Source: Chiloscyllium plagiosum
Taxonomy: Eukaryota
Reading direction: 5' to 3'
DNA length: 64,000 nucleotides
NCBI RefSeq assembly: GCF_004010195.1
Contig: NC_057751.1
Coordinates: forward strand, 9,367,611 to 9,431,610
Part shown: positions 62,447 through 64,000 of the stretch, in pieces
Layout: every line of letters starts with the position of its first letter
How positions within the stretch are numbered: position 1 is the first letter of the stretch
The notes under the pieces: model-generated
The model's input: the letters and a program-made list of their open reading frames with translations, nothing else
The model's database searches: none
Told to the model about the DNA's origin: nothing
Translations under genes and position numbers: made by a program

Positions 62447-63710
62447 TCTTGCCTCCCTCCCATCTTAAACAGAGGTGTGACATGAGTCATTTTTCAGTAC
62501 TCGGACCCTTCCTGATTTTAGTGATTCCTGAAAGATCAGCACCAATGCCTCCATAATCTCCTCAGAACTGTGCGGTGCAGTCTAACTGATCGAGATGATT
62601 TAATCACCTTCAGACTTTTTAGCTTCTCCAGCACCTTCTCTTTAGCGATGGCCACCACTCTCACCTCTGCCCTGACTCTCTTGAAGTTTTGGTCTGCTAT
62701 TGGTGTCTTCGACCATGCAGAATCCCTATTCAGTTGCTCTGACATTTCTTTGTAACCCATTATAACCTTTACTTAATTGTAATAGCTTTACATCTGATTA
62801 AATCTTGTCCCTCTCAAACTGCAAGGTGAATTCTATAATACTGTGGTCACTACCCCCAAGAGGTTCCTTCACCTGAATGTCCCTAAGAGAGTTGCCTCAC
62901 TACACATCACTAAATGCAGAAATGCTTGCTCCCAAGTGAGCCCAACCATAATCTGCTCCAAAACAAATCTTCTAGACGGTCCACAAATTTCTTTACTTGG
63001 AATCCTCCACCAACCTGATTTTCCCAATCAACCTGCATATTGAAGTACCCCATGATTCTTCTGATTACATCTTTCATACATGCCTTTTCAATCTCAGAAT
63101 TTATTTTCTGCTTCACATCCTGACGACTGTTCGGAAGGCTACGCCAAAGTCACATCAGGATTCCTTTCCTTTGCAATTCCTCAACTTGACCCACACAGAC
63201 TCCACAGTTCTGATGCTAGATCACTTCTTGCTATCAATTTAATTGTACTTCTGATTAACAAGGCAACCTATCCCCTTTGACCACCTTCCTGTCCCATTGA
63301 CAAACGCATATTGTTGGATATTTAATTCCCAGTCCAATCCCCTTGAAGCCATGTCTCTGATGTCCACAACATGCTACTCGCCAACTTCCATCTGTGCTAT
63401 GACTCCATTTATCATCCTTGGTGTATTTAAGAACAACATCCTCAGTCCTATGTTGACCATCTCCCTTCTTATTGTTGCCCATTATCTGCTGAGCCTGTAG
63501 TTAGATTCTTGACCATTTCCACATTGTCTTATTACTTGTTCTGGAAACTTCAGTCACCACTACTCAGCCCTCCCCAATTTTAATGAGTCCTTGTGACCAC
63601 CCCATTCAGCCTTTCCATTGGCATCCTGGTCCCAGGTTCAGGTGGAACCTGTCCTGATAATACAGTCCCCTCCTGTCTCGATAGTGATACCAGTACTCCT
63701 CAGGGCAGTT

Positions 63711-64000
63711 TGGTCATTCAGTTAGCACTGCTGCTTCACAGTGCCATGGACCCGAGTGTGAATCCACACTCGGGTAATTGTCTGTGTGGAGATTGCACAT
63801 TCTCCCTATGTCTGCGTGGGTTTCCTCTGGATACTCCGATTTCCTCCCACAGTCTAAAAATGGGCAGATTAGGTGAATTGGCTATGCTACATTGCCCACA
63901 GTGTCATGGGATGTGAAGGCTAGGTAGATTAGCCATGGGAAAAGTGGAATACAGGAATAGGGTGGAGGGGTGAGATGCTCTTTGGAAGGTCAGGGTGGAC
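63711..64000 (+). mobile_element. HE1-type V-SINE (runs off the window)
   Basis: gttagcactgctgcttcacag head and V-domain gtgtggagattgcacattctcccc. Confidence 0.8.

Larger units (their letters stand above)
60470..63700 (-). mobile_element. Long decayed CR1 LINE (endonuclease to 3' UTR) hosting nested insertions
   Basis: IMGYFNMQVDWENQ, RSCLTNLSEFF, VQQRFSRII. Confidence 0.85.

Overview
Vertebrate genomic DNA, most likely a shark (HE1-type V-SINEs, HER1/CR1 LINEs, Penelope-like elements). Three spliced genes lie in tandem on the minus strand, and their exons were reconstructed by hand from GT-AG sites and reading phase. (1) A divergent CDCA2/Repo-Man-like gene (~1.9-30.5 kb) with a cell-cycle-type CpG promoter. 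(2) A complete 14-exon DDX56 (34110-45323, 552 aa). (3) The 3' part of an astacin metalloprotease (48740-60213; 5' end outside the window) with an unusual architecture: astacin domain with Leu in place of the Met-turn Met, a 2.58-kb exon with ~35 x 30-bp mucin-like repeats, one MAM domain and no membrane anchor. The introns hold TSD-flanked palindromic Penelope-derived inserts carrying minimal hammerhead ribozyme motifs; the intact cores are all antisense to the host genes. Most short ORFs in the track are repeat-derived or spurious. No database searches were run, so family assignments rest on motifs recalled from memory.
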